Numbered from the stretch's first letter, positions 1 through 13,044 are shown. The stretch: DNA of 64,000 nt from Octopus sinensis (GCF_006345805.1 NC_043001.1:71424001-71488000), one strand, 5' to 3'. Translations and numbers: made by a program. Notes: generated by a model from the sequence alone, not told the origin.

Positions 1-19
1 CTGGTACCCTTGTATTTAT

Positions 20-200
20 ACGTCCAAGAAAAGACAGCATTCGGAGACAACAATTTAATGATGCAGACAAGGTAAATGTAGTTGCAATAAGTGGATACAA
101 TAGTGTACACCTGAACATTTTCAAAGATGACTCGAGATTTGACTTGAACAATGGCGTAAATGCATCACCTGTAATGAAGACTATGTTCTGTATCATATTT
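20..200 (+). pseudogene. mariner transposase C-terminal remnant
   Basis: Across one frameshift it reads KDSIRRQQFNDADKVNVVA / NKWIQ*CTPEHFQR*LEI*LEQWRKCITCNEDYV, resembling the mariner C-terminus (LRGRRF.....V..W.....F..GI..L..RW.KCI...GDYV). Confidence 0.6.
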
Positions 201-2041
201 TTTATGGAGCAAGAATTTACGTTCAAGCTGAATGTCCTAGTTCAGTTACTAAAATATTATGTCTAGTTTTACATTACTTTCAGAAATCTAGAAAATAAGA
301 GATATAGACCACAGCACACTAATTTACAGGGCAGACAGCATTCAAATATATTATGGGTAGATACACCACAGAATAGGGTACAGAAAGCCCACAGAAGAAT
401 ATAATTCAAACAGAGAAGTCAGAGCAGAACGATTTACAGACAGAGGGACAAAATAGAATATTAAAGAGTCAAACCATAGAAGGATATCATGCAGAGAGTA
501 GTAGACACTAGATAATCTTACCGACAGGAGGATCAAAGTAGTATACAGACAGACAAAAACAACACAGAAAATATTTTAACGAATAGAGTATAGTGCAATG
601 ACCTACAGATATATCAAAGCAATACATCTAGAGACAGAACAGCCATATTAGAGTATCATAGAAATATAAAGACGACAGAGGAATATCTTACAGGACAGGC
701 AGACGACAGTAGATTATTTTACATCAGAGACAGACAACAATAGACTGTTTTACAGGCAGACATTTTATGTTCGATCGCTTTAGATTTAGAAGAGACGACG
801 ACGACGATAAAAATAATTTTCAGGTAGATTATAGCAGAATATGTTATAAACTGAAGGAAAATAGTAGAAGAGCTCAAAGATAGCCAGATTGCATTAGCTT
901 ATCTAACAGACAGATCACAGTAGGATTACTCACAAACCACAGTTAAATATATTGAATATATTATAGACATTTGAATATGTGATCATAGTTGAATCAAACG
1001 TGAACATCGTTGAATATGTGATCATGTATCTCAGAAAGGCATTACACTTATAGACGAAATCAACTAGTACTGTCTCCAATATAGAAAGTTTTTCACAGAT
1101 GTTGAGATTTTGTTATGGTATTCTCCATAACTAAATTATTTACAGCCAAAGAGCCAAAGTCTAATCTGTTGCACGACTTCGTGTTAAAATGAGCAAAATC
1201 TCTCAGAAATCACATCATTCTGTCTTAAATATAAGCACATAAAAGATAAGGTAATGCTATATATATATTATTTTATATAAATATCAGGATAGGCATGACT
1301 GGAGTACATTCAATCTTAGGTCTACTTTAATCATGACTGGTCTGTGGCTAAACAAAAGCACAAAGGATGGCGGAATATCGGTAGAATAGTTACAGTACCC
1401 GATATAATGACACGCGTAATTTGTTTCGTCTGCCATACGAGTTCAAATCGCGCCGCGATCAAGTTTACCTTTCTTTCTTTCTTTCGGAGTCGATATAAAA
1501 ATGTAGCAATCCAAAGCAAAATACTGGTAGAAATGTGAGGACGCTGAATGTCTTGTGTTATCTATTACGGCTCATTGGGTTCTGAGTTCGAACCCTGCCA
1601 TCGCTTAGGTCTATGGTAGACGTAATCTGTCAGCCGATTTAACCTCACCATGTATTTTTAGCAGAATCCACTCTGTTGCCAGCATTTGGGACAGGATTCC
1701 GGTTTGAGAATAGCTGTTTTCATCCCACTGGTAAGAGATTCTGTCACAGTTCCAGGATAGTGCACTCCCTCAGGATTAAAATACAAAATAAACTACATTA
1801 TAGTTTTTTTTTTTAATCTAATGTTTTATCTCTTAATTCATTCAGTCATGGGATTGCGGTCATACTAAGGTTTTGCCCTGGCGGATTTAAGTCGAACAAG
1901 TCGAAAACAGTATTTAGTGTTGTACGTCTGGTACATATTATATATGTATATATGTATGTGAGAGTATTTGGTAAAAGAAAACTGGAAGACGCTCATCGTG
2001 TATATATATATGTGTGTATGTGTGTGAGCCTGTGTGTGTGC

Positions 2042-2460
2042 ATAGGCACAGGTGTGGGTGTTTGATAATCACATGGCTCCAGGTTCGTTCGCATTGAGGG
2101 GCATCTTTGGCAAGTGTCTTCTACTATAGCCACGGGTTGACCAAATCCTTGCGAGTAGAATTGGTAGGTGGAAACTAAAAGCCGTGCAAACATATATATA
2201 TATATACACACACGTGTGTGTATGTTTGTGTGTGTGCGTGTGTATCTTTGTCACTGTTTATCCCCCACCACCACTTGACAACCAGTGATGGTATGCTTGC
2301 GTCACGTCCCCGTAAAGTAGCGGCTCGGAGAAACAGACCGATAAAATATTTACTAAGTTTAAGAAATAACTCCTAGGGTCGATTTTTGTGACTAAAACCA
2401 TTCAGAGCACTGTGCCAGCATGGCAGCACTCACATGGCAGCACTCACATGGCTGAAACAA
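2042..2460 (+). mobile_element. SINE family 1 (tRNA-like head, internal microsatellite, conserved tail), diverged
   Basis: ggcaagtgtcttctactatagcc core, TA/TG spacer, gcttgacaacc...ccagcatggc tail; same architecture as copies at 4919, 37097 and 60051. Confidence 0.8.
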
Positions 2461-2589
2461 TATATATGTGTGTGTGCGTATGTGTGTGTGTGTTTGTGTG
2501 TGCGCGTGTGTGTGTGTGTGTGTGTGTGTATAGAAATAATACATTTCTAAATCTCTCGGAGAGATTTATGCAGTAGCAGCACGATAAAG

Positions 2590-2759
2590 TGATAGTATGT
2601 TGTCACTTAACGTGACAGTCCCATGAAAGGGGAAAATGTTACTATTATTTAGCCCTAGGGAAACACCGTCTAACAAGAAACGGTGTTTCCTATAGCTAAA
2701 TAACAGTAGCATTCTTCCCTTTCATGGGACAGTCACAATAAGTTGATAACATACTATCA
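2590..2759. repeat. ~170 bp fold-back palindrome (MITE-like)
   Basis: tgatagtatgttgtca...ggaaacaccgt-ctaacaagaa-acggtgtttcc...tgataacatactatca; arms are reverse complements with few mismatches. Confidence 0.95.
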
Positions 2760-2765
2760 TATATA

Positions 2766-2890
2766 AGTGTGTGTGTGTGTGTGTGTATGCATGCATGCAT
2801 GGATGGATGGATTGATGGATGGATGGATGGATGGATGGATGGACGGATGGATGGATTGATGGGTCGATTGACTGATTGATTGATTGATTT
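2766..2890. repeat. compound microsatellite (GT)n(ATGC)n(ATGG)n(ATTG)n
   Basis: direct reading. Confidence 0.95.
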
Positions 2891-3051
2891 TACAAACTGG
2901 TAAAGGTGAGCCAGCCGAAATTTTGAAGTCAGTTAATCTTTTCTTTCTATTGAGCAGTCCTTCAGTTTAACATGGAAACGTTTTTTTTAATAAATAACTT
3001 GAGATAAAAACAAATATTCATATGGATGTGTTTGTGTGTTTATGGTCATAC

Positions 3052-3270
<219 letters not shown>

Positions 3271-4179
3271 ATAGATACACTGAGAGATAGAGAGAGAAGA
3301 GGAGAGAGAGAGGGGGCGAGAAAGGTACAAATGATATTTCACAAGTTTTGAGATATGAATATAATTATCTCTATTTTTGTTTGTACGGAACAACAGCTAA
3401 AAAAAACTGGGTTCGTAACGGTTGAAAAGGGTAATAGAAAAAACATCGGGAAAAACTATAAAAATTGCTATTAAAAATATTAATAAATTCTATCACGTAA
3501 AAGGAAATTCCACAATAAAGAAATATATAAACCACACGAACTACCGGGACCCGTGAGACTATACGTACTAAATCAACTTCTACTTATGTATAATAAATGT
3601 AAATTGAATAAACATTGTTACAAAGTAATATTCATATTAATGTAAAAATATATAGGATAATTGTGCACAGGAATATAAAAACTCGACCAAATAAGAAAAT
3701 GTGAAGTGTATAGGGTTATAAGTATCAAAACACAGAGAATAAGTATAAGAATAGAATAACGATAAAACATTATCAAAATATAGAAGAGCATCTCTGTCTA
3801 GTAATGTTTCGGATGTTTTTGTCTTTGCTATCTTCGTATTGTTTTATGGAATGTTGTTATTGATTTGCCGGCTCCGTGTTTCTCTTGGAACTTCGCAATG
3901 TGTGTGTGTGTGTGTGTGTCTTTTACATGTTTCAGTCACTGGTCTGTGGTCATACCAGAGTACAACTTTGAAGATTTTCATCGAACGACACGACTCCAAT
4001 AATTATTGTTTTTATTTCTTGTACTTCGTCTATCGATTTCCGTTACCGAATCGCTAAATTAAGATGCTGAAAATAAAGGTGTTTTGACTCTTATTTCTAG
4101 CAATACTGGTGCTGATTAGTGTCCTTTGTTCACTTTAGTGATGTATATATTTCTGTTTTTAGGTTGTAAAAGTGCGAAT

Positions 4180-4596
4180 GGATCTTTACCTTTAGGTGTA
4201 GGGTTAGAGTTACGGAAAAAAATGAAAAATGAAGCACGAACGATTACGGTGGTGCCATGAAGTAAACATGCTTCAGATACACTCGTTTATTCATACAAAC
4301 ATAACTGAGATTAAATATGTCATAAATAACAGTGACAAGCGAAAAATACACCGCCGATAGTTGTTGTTGACAAACAACGGCAGTAATTTTATTCAGCTGA
4401 ATACACGTCATTGATTGGTTGAAATAACCGAAATACGATAACTTTAACAAAAACAACTTCCAAAATACGGAATTTTCTCAACAACGCCAAGAGTAAAATA
4501 TGTTTTATGTGACACATTCTACAAGTATACGAAGTTTGAAAGTGTTTAGTTACAAAAAATTATTTTTTAAACCTGTCGGTCAAAAGGTAAACGTCC
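4180..4596. mobile_element. non-autonomous DNA transposon (MITE) with GG-start TIRs and 8-bp TSD
   Basis: TIRs ggatctttaccttt (4180-4193) / aaaggtaaacgtcc (4583-4596); flanks gtgcgaat (4172-4179) and ttgcgaat (4597-4604). Confidence 0.75.
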
Positions 4597-4720
4597 TTGC
4601 GAATATGCCGCCCATATATTAATAATTTTCACTTTTACTGTTTATGAACTCAGGGTATGATTTCAACAGAAATCTTATAAACTGACAAAGCGAAATTAGT
4701 TTAATCCTAGGCGCAGTGAC

Positions 4721-4765
4721 AGTCACTGATGAGCATTAAAATGCGAAACCATCGACGATCTGACT
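4721..4765 (+). ncRNA. minimal type I hammerhead-ribozyme-like motif (stem III degenerate)
   Basis: agtca-CTGATGA-gcat/taaa/atgc-GAAA-ccatcgacgaTC-tgact: both core boxes present, perfect 4-bp stem II and 5-bp stem I. Confidence 0.5.
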
Positions 4766-4918
4766 ACGTCCGCAGCTGAAGGAAGCTGTGCCTCCCTTGC
4801 CAGTCACTAAGAGGGTGATTTCAGAGGCTATCCAGTTGTTTTGACTCTTTATTTCAAGCAATACTGATGTTGATTAGTGCCCTCTGTGTGTGTGTGTTTG
4901 ATGTTTACATATATGTAT

Positions 4919-5265
4919 ACTCTTTTACTCTTTTATTTGTTTCAGTCATTTGGCTGCGGCCATGCTGGAGCACCGCCTTTAGTCGAGTAAATCGACCCCA
5001 GGATTTATTATTTCGAAGCCTACTACTTATTCTATCTGTCTCTTTTGCCGAACCGTTAATTTACGGGGAAGTAAACACACCAGCATCGTTTGTCGATATA
5101 TATAACACACATATATATAAATATACATATACATATATACGACGGGCTTCTTTCAGTTTCCGTCTACCAAATCTACTCACAAGGCTTTGGTCGGCTCGAG
5201 GCTATAGTAGAAGACACTTGCCCAAGGTGCCAAGCAGCTTACCACACAGCCACTGCTGCGCCTAT
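4919..5265 (-). mobile_element. SINE family 1, with B-box segment deleted from the head
   Basis: tttcagtcatttggctgcggccatgctggagcaccgcc tail and cgacgggcttctttcagtttccgtctacc core; lacks the gggactgaacccggaac segment present in the 37097 copy. Confidence 0.9.
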
Positions 5266-6107
5266 GTGGATATATAACGTGTATGTATGTATGTATGTAT
5301 GTATGTACGTACGTACGTATGTATGTATGTATGTATGTATGTATGTATGTATGTATGTATGTATGTTTGTCTAGATATGTATTTGTGCGGAGGTGTCGAT
5401 GTAGATACCTTTTTACTTGAAACATTTTTCTGCCTGTCTATTCGTGTATTGCCTCCGTTCTCTTGCCCTTCTCTTCCTAATAACTAACTTATAGATACAT
5501 ATATTTGCTCCTTCGTGAGCTCATATTGATAACACATCTCTTCCTCCATCATCAATACGTTTTGTATTTCTTTTCGCGTCCTAATTTTACTTTCCTCGTG
5601 TCTTCTTTCACTCGTTTTTTTATTTACTTTTCTATCTTCTTCTCCGCCTTCTTTTTGTCATTAGTTTTTAACCTTAATTCTCTTTCACGATTATCTTTTC
5701 TTCTCTCTTTTCTTTTCCTTTTATTTAATTATTTTTGGCGTATATTTTTTATTTCTTTGTTTACTTATTTCATCTAATCTACAACGTTTTAACTTTTACT
5801 TCTTAATTTTAATTCTAATATTCAGTTCTTTCACACTTCTTTTATATTCCTTTTACACTTCTATTATAGTCATTTTACATATTTGCAATTGCCTTCTGAA
5901 CAAAGTCTATTTTATTTATATTTTTCTCATTTTTACGTAATGTTTTATCGATTTAATTATTGTTGATATTTCTATTCCCCAACTAAAGTTTACTCTATTG
6001 CCAGCCCGCCTTAAACTGTTATATATTTTTTTTAAATCAATTACCTAGTCAGGTTGAAATGCTTATTCGTGTGAACTCTAAGACTATTTTATATTATTAC
6101 TATATAA

Positions 6108-6548
6108 GGTGGTGAGTTGGTACAATACTTCGCATGCCAGGCAAGATGCTTAACATTTCATCCGTCGTTACGTTCTGGGTTCAAATGCCGCCGAGGTCGA
6201 TTTTGCCTTTCTTCCTTTCGGGCTCGATAAAATAAGTACCAGTTGAACAATGAATTCGATCTAATCGACTTACCCACACACCGAAATTGCTGGCCTTGTG
6301 CCAAAATTTGAAATCTATATTATATTATTATATAAGGAAGCGAGCTGGTAGAAACGTTAGCATGCCAGGCAAAATGCTTGGCGGCATTTCGTCGGTCTTT
6401 ACCCTCTGAGTTCAAATTTCACCGAGGTCGACTTTACCTTTCATTGTTTCGGGTCGATAAAATAAGTAATAGCTGAGGACAGGGGTCGATGTAATCAACA
6501 AAACCCCTGCACCCGAAACTGCTGGTCTTGTGTAAAAATTTAAACCCA
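6108..6548 (+). mobile_element. two tandem copies of SINE family 2 (6108-6315, 6336-6548)
   Basis: each has a ggttcaaat/gagttcaaat B-box, a ccgaggtcgactttgcctttc core and a gccaaaatttgaaa-type tail followed by tta repeats. Confidence 0.85.
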
Positions 6549-6734
6549 TTATTATAGCATTATATTATATAAACTTACATCAGTATTATCGCAGCTGTTT
6601 GACGAACAGTCACGTGAACCCTGCATAACAGTTTCTGAAGATTTTTTTCGATTTTAAAAAATGCAGATATAGATAGATACATGCAAACAGCAAAGATAGA
6701 ACTCAATATATGAGTATATGTATATTTTTTTTTT

Positions 6735-6799
6735 ATATTTAGCAGAAGCAGCAGAGTGACTCAAGGCCAAGAGTCACTCTATATCTTCTGCTAAAATAT
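6735..6799. repeat. short hairpin
   Basis: agcagaag-cagc-agagtgactc-aaggccaa-gagtcactct-atat-cttctgct. Confidence 0.85.
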
Positions 6800-7592
6800 C
6801 AATAGTCATACATAGCTGCAGGAATGTATATGTATTTGTATATACTCAAAAGTATTCATAAATTTCTATCCTTTTGTTATAATAATCTTCTTAATAATCC
6901 TCTGAATAACCCTAAACTTTAACTGCATACAATATAGCGACAGTGTTTAAAATATTTAACAATAGTACTACATGATAAGACTTCCCCTGTCAGCTAACAT
7001 CTTGTTTTAAGTTTTCCTTTATCAAGCCTCATGATGTTGCTTCTAATAAATCTTGATTTTTATGACTATACCAACTATGGTGTCTGTCTGCTCCCTCAGC
7101 CCTACCCCTAACAGATACTGCCGTCTGTTCTCTCAGGCTTAGATATACAAGGGTTTTGATAAACTAGTCTATAAATTAAAACAGACCCAATCAGTGACAG
7201 GCAGACTCTGTAACAATGTATATCTTCTTGAAAAGCTTACTAACTTCTATGCTGGAGTAAGAACAGCATGTTCTTTATCTATCTCTTTAACTTCTTGAAA
7301 ATTTTAGGTATAATTATACTAATGTGTCCATCTGTTCTAATTTAATTAAATTCTATGTCTTTGTGCAGCTGAAGATTGCTCTGCATTTCAAATTGATGTA
7401 ATGATTGCGTTGTTCAATTAAATGCAGTTGCATTTAATTGAAGCATTACCTTTGGATATCCTTGTTACTTATTTTGATTTTAATCACCTTACTTTGAAAT
7501 TGTATGGATACCGTACTAAATTCTGGTGCCTCAACTTAAGTACCATATTCGTCTGAATCTACATTTTTGTTGAACTCATCTACCATACAAAA

Positions 7593-7637
<45 letters not shown>

Positions 7638-7681
7638 TAGATAGATACATACATACATACATACATACATACATACATACA

Positions 7682-7717
<36 letters not shown>

Positions 7718-8212
7718 TATATATACTTATATACATATATACACATTCATACATACATGCATACACGCATAATATATACATATATACATACATAAATGCA
7801 TGCATGCATTCATACATATACACTCATATACCCTCATACATTCATATATGGTCTTTCGTCCAAAGAGAAACCGATGCTTTAAAACAGCGTTCCATCTCTC
7901 GGTCTGATCTCGATTCCGGTGCTGCTGTACACAGGTTATGTTGATCTGCAATCTAATAATAGCCACGTCAGTTCGTCACCAATATCGATCTACACTGATC
8001 GAGTGAACAACGTATGTTAGGTGCTTAACGAGATGAGTTATAAGTCGAACAATAGATTTTGAAATGCAACGAGTCTATGAGAAATCGTGTATGGCGTGGG
8101 GGGCGGAGCTCTTCTAGTGTTGCAACCGGCCTATATGAGGGCTTGATTGAGCCCTACGACATGTCACGTTTGGTACCACTGATTCAAATTGGGAAAATGC
8201 TCCACTGACTCA

Positions 8213-8399
8213 AGAAGAAGAAGAAGAAGAAGAAGAAGAAGAAGAAGAAGAAGAAGAAGAAGAGAAGAAGAAGAAGAGAAGAAGAAGACGAAGAAGGAGA
8301 AGGAGAAGAAGAAGAAGAAGGAGAAGAAGAAGAAGAAGAAGAAGAAGAAGAAGAAGAAGAAGAAGAAGAAGAAGAAGAAGAAGAAGAAGAAGAAGAAGA
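8213..8399 (+). repeat. (GAA)n tract, about 60 units
   Basis: direct reading. Confidence 0.98.
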
Positions 8400-9574
8400 T
8401 AATGCGCTCTGTTCAAACGTTTGAACAGGAGAAAAGTTTATTTCTTCTTATAGATAAACAAACCTTTTTACGAATCTAAACAGAAGACAGTGCTAATGAG
8501 AAGAAATCTTTGGAGAGCGAATGGCTCAGATCATCGATCGGAACAATTTAGCTGACAGCTGTCATGATACATATATAGCAAATGGAATCGCTAAATCCTT
8601 TGCAGATCTTGGTTTAAATCATTGACAATTTATTATTACTTAGTAAACTTCAATAAAAGTAAGACTGTCAAGAAAATATGGCTGACATAAATTCTTTATA
8701 AATAATTGTTTATTCATTCCTACGAAGTTTCATCTTCGAAATCACACGCCGTAATTTTTACAATCCGGATTGAAGTAAATATAAAAAGGAAAACGATATG
8801 ATATAATAATCAATAAAGCAGGATAATTACTTTTCTATCTGATACCTTCAATAAGTCTCCATTGAGTATTTAGAATAGAAACGGAGAAGCGGAGGTTAAT
8901 GGAAATCTTAAATTCTAAGAATCAGCAGCTAGGTTCAAAATGGAGTTAGTTGTGTGTCTCTCTCAGTGAACATTGCTTTGAAATGAAAAGCAGTATTGGC
9001 TGACTGGAAATTAAATGAATTAATGAAATCGCAGGGTAGGGTCATTGTAGTTAAATGAAGGGCTACTAATGTGCAGAGGTTAATGGAATTCAAATAACCC
9101 AATAGTAGACCGCTCTATCAGAAACGGTGCTGTATATCTATCGGAGAACAGTGCTTTAAAATTCAAATGAATTGATAGCCAGGAATGAAATGAATAACGT
9201 GAAGGATCACTGCAATAAATGAGAACGATTTGGATTTTGTATAACGGATTTTCAAGCAAGGACATAAAATGAGTCTTTAACTCCATATAGAATATTTTCC
9301 ACGTATATGAATATTTTTTTCATCGTTATTATAACATTATATATTGTAAAGAGTTCAACGCATCAAAAGAAAGTGATCGCTGTTCGGTTAGAAATATAAA
9401 GCTGTCATTTATCAAATATTGATGTATACATATAAAGCTTTCCCTTACTATTACTACTATTGCTGCTGTTGCTGCTGCCGTTGCCACCGCTGCTGTTGCT
9501 ACCACTACAGCTGCTACTGCTACTGCTACTACTGCTACCAAATCTCATAATAATTGTTTCTAATCTGGACACAG

Positions 9575-9765
9575 AAGGCGGTGCGGTTGCGGAATTGTTA
9601 AAACGTTGGACAAAGTGATTAGCCATATTTCTTCCGACTCTTTGCGGAATTCAAATCCCGCCGAGGTCAACTTTGTGACTCATCCTTAGGGATCGATAAA
9701 ATAACGTACCAGTTAAGCACTTGGGTCGATATAATCGGATTTCCCTTCAAAATTGCTGCCTTTGG
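9575..9765 (+). mobile_element. SINE family 2, diverged
   Basis: gaattcaaatcccgccgaggtcaactttg...gatcgataaaataacgtaccagt. Confidence 0.75.
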
Positions 9766-10789
9766 ACCTTGCAACCATCCGGCATCCCGTTCAGTGAAAA
9801 TATTGTGGTCTTGTTCGCTCATACGCCATGGAAACTCTTTGACTAAACTTGTGACGTGTGGACCTCAAGACAAAAAAGTAGACACAAACCAAGAGTACTT
9901 AATGGCGAGGAACAGATGAACGGCAAAATTGACAACGGCAGTATTTGAACTCAGAACTTAAAGAGTCAAGACAAATCGCACCAAATATTACTTTCGGATG
10001 ATATCACGGTTCTGCCAATTCATTGTTCTTACTATAGTATTATTAACAATGAGTTTTTTCTATTGAGCTAGTAATCATAATTCTTCTATTGTAAGACTAA
10101 ATTTAGTGAGAGTTTACAGAGTAATCCAGGTAAACAAAACATAACACACGAAAAACAGACTCCAAACATAGAAAAAAGCGATAAACTCCTTTAAAAAGTC
10201 AGCCACATTCATCTAGATACATCGATGTGCAGGCCGTTCAAAAAACATATCTCAACCCGAGGATGGTCACCCGATACGACCACGGAACACGAAAGCGACT
10301 GCAAGTCTAGTCCGGGTGCCGTCACCCATGCCGTCTTCTATATTCTAGGCTGTAGCCTTCAATAAAGGTTTGGGACAGTTGGGTCGTTATTAGGATGCCT
10401 CTTCACCCCAGGCACGGCAGTCGAGAATGTTTAAATCACAAGCCTTTTAAATCTAAGAGGACATATGCTGTACGTCACATCGAGTGGACAATGCGACAGT
10501 AACCAGAGTCACACTTGAATATACATGACCTCACTGGACGAACTGCTCGATTCAGGTTTCACCCACCATGGTCAGTGCCCGAAAGATTTACAGGAAGAAA
10601 TAAGGCACCATGGCATTGTGTGCGATACTCACAACGCCCAAAACTGCCAAAGGCATCGGGAAATGTTATGCGTATAACCATGATTATTAACTCCATGGAG
10701 TCCGCACAGGGCCACTCATCTCTCCTGCTGTTTACTTATTGGTCCACGTCAAGATAATGTCTCCATGAAAGAGGATTCAGAAAATAGTA

Positions 10790-11660
10790 AGTAGGTTTCT
10801 CGGACTACTTAAGTTTATTCAGCCACTGCTTCAATCAGATCACAGAGTTCTTTTGAGTTTTACTGATTATAAACAGCATTCTCCTTGCCTCGTAGAATTT
10901 TTAACCTTACCTCGTATATTACACATGTGGCAATGTACTCTGCTACATTGAGATGCCGAGTACTTTGTCTTTGATATTATACTGGATCTACTGGTGAATT
11001 ACGGTCATCCTGACGACGTGTGTCCACTGCGGTTTTTTCTCTTATTTACGGTAACACGTTCTACCAGAGGCTGATAGCTTTTTTCCAGGCCAAGAATAAA
11101 ATTGAGTGGTAATATAAACTATAATCGAATTCCACTGTCATACGTTTCCACATTCACGTTATTAGCTGTACAATCATCCCTGTCAGAAAGTTGTCGATGT
11201 AATCTATATTTAGGTTCATAAGCTAAAGCGTTCTAGAACCTACTGGAGCATTGGGAGAGGAAATCCAAAATTGGGCTCGATTTTGAGGGCAGTAGGTGAG
11301 CGATGCACATGATTAAGGGGATGATGAGCAATATCTTTGCGAAATGATTAGATGCCTTCTAAATAACTGTTCATGCAGCCGGTGCAGGTTCGACATATGG
11401 TATCTAACGTGAGAGTGAATAATGCATAGTTGGGGAATGTTAGTGAAGAATGAAAAGTAGTATCATCTGTGAAAGAGCGGTTGCTGTTGGCTGTAGCATC
11501 AAATAAGTCAATGATGTAAAGAAAAAAAAAAGGAGCGCGATAGACAAAAGTATTCCCTAGCGTACGTCAGTGTTGAGAGAATGACCTAACAGAAATAGCT
11601 TCGTCAACACAAATGGTCAGTAGTCCAGTCTGAGAGGAAGAGATGCCCCACCTTTCACGG
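10790..11660 (-). pseudogene. decayed LINE reverse transcriptase (CR1/Jockey-type)
   Basis: Minus strand reads FLSD...LNTDVR*GILLSIALLF / LYIIDLFDATANSNRSFTDDTTFHSS, matching GVPQGSVLSP.LF..YINDL...FADD RT motifs with stops and frameshifts. Confidence 0.65.
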
Positions 11661-12156
11661 GTGGATCTCATAATTTTGTATGATATGTTGATTTTGTGAT
11701 TAATCAAGTCTTTCCGAGAGTCGTCTCACTGTCTACTCTTTGCTTAGCAGAGCAGGAAGTTTTCCTTTTATAGTGGACATGACTGAAAGAACTGAAGACT
11801 GACACTTTACCTTTCATCACATACTCAATTGTTTTATTCATGAGGAAAGGGAGGCTGAAGAAGCCAGGTACATCTATACAGTAAATTTCAATAAGGATAG
11901 AGATAATTGTCTGCTTGAATGGACCGACTCTCAGCATGGAGAACGTAGATGACATAGGACATTTGCCATTCAAAAAGAATGTATCCTTGAATGTATTGAT
12001 TCATTGATAACCTCAAAGTTGCTACCCACCTTCAGATAATACATTTTATATATTTTGTATAGATTTACCTCCCATTCCTGCTTAATTTTGACAATTGTCT
12101 ACCTTTTGAAACCTCTTCTCTTCAGTTCAAGTGGAAAATAAAAGGAATTATCAATG

Positions 12157-12210
<54 letters not shown>

Positions 12211-12214
12211 GAAA

Positions 12215-12608
12215 GGCGGCGACCTAGCAGAAATGTTAGCACGCCGGGCGAAATGCGTATCCGTATTTCGTCTGCAGTTACGTTCTGAGTTCAAATTCCG
12301 CCGAGGTCGACTTTGCCTTTCATCCTTTCGGGCTCGATTAAATAAGTACCAGTTACGCACTGGGGTCGATATAATCGACTTAATCCGTTTGTCTGTCCTT
12401 GTTTGTCCTCTCTGTGTTTAGCCCCTTGTGGGTAGTAAAGAAATATGTATTTCGTCTGCTGCTACGTTCTGAGTTCAAATTCCTCCGAGGTCGACTTTGC
12501 TTTACAACCTTTCGGAGTTCATAAATTAATTACCAGTGAGCACTGGGATCAATGTAATCGACTAATCCTCTTCTCCAAAATGGCTTCCCTTGTGACAAAA
12601 TTTGAAAC

Positions 12609-12610
<2 letters not shown>
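12215..12610 (+). mobile_element. dimeric SINE family 2 (young full monomer plus headless second monomer) between (TTA)n tracts
   Basis: gtatttcgtctg...gagttcaaattcc.ccgaggtcgactttgc occurs twice, at ~12262 and ~12447. Confidence 0.85.
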
Positions 12611-12668
<58 letters not shown>

Positions 12669-12975
12669 CATTATTATTATCATTAGTTACAGCAGCAGCG
12701 ATAGTAACACCTTAGCATTTTTTGCGCGCCGCTCAGAACATGGCCTACAGGCCAGCTTACGCAACATTCACGATGTTAACAAGTTAATTTCCTGCACGCT
12801 CATTTTCATCTAGAGTTGGGAGTCGTAGATTAATAAAAGAGTGAAAAGAAGAGAAAGACAGACAGTGGACAGGAGTCGGTTTTTTATATTCTCTCCGAAG
12901 TCATTGCCAAAGTTATGGTGCTAAGCATCTCAAGTACACATATACTCAAAGCTTCAGATATGCATACATACATGC

Positions 12976-13041
<66 letters not shown>

Positions 13042-13044
13042 TTC

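Noticed and set aside
300-900. Purine-rich stretch with recurring acagac/acagag motifs
   Set aside because: Most simply an old decayed microsatellite; no regular period
8125-8175. Hairpin gggct/agccc followed by acatgtc, hammerhead-like geometry
   Set aside because: Both catalytic boxes are mutated (ctatatga, tacg), so a ribozyme cannot be supported
10200-10770. GC-richer segment with peptide SLDELLDSGFTHHGQCPKDLQEE
   Set aside because: Vaguely LTR-pol-like but no diagnostic motif or LTR visible
11700-12110. Partly open frames resembling an exon
   Set aside because: Stops in all frames, no clear splice pair, no recognisable family
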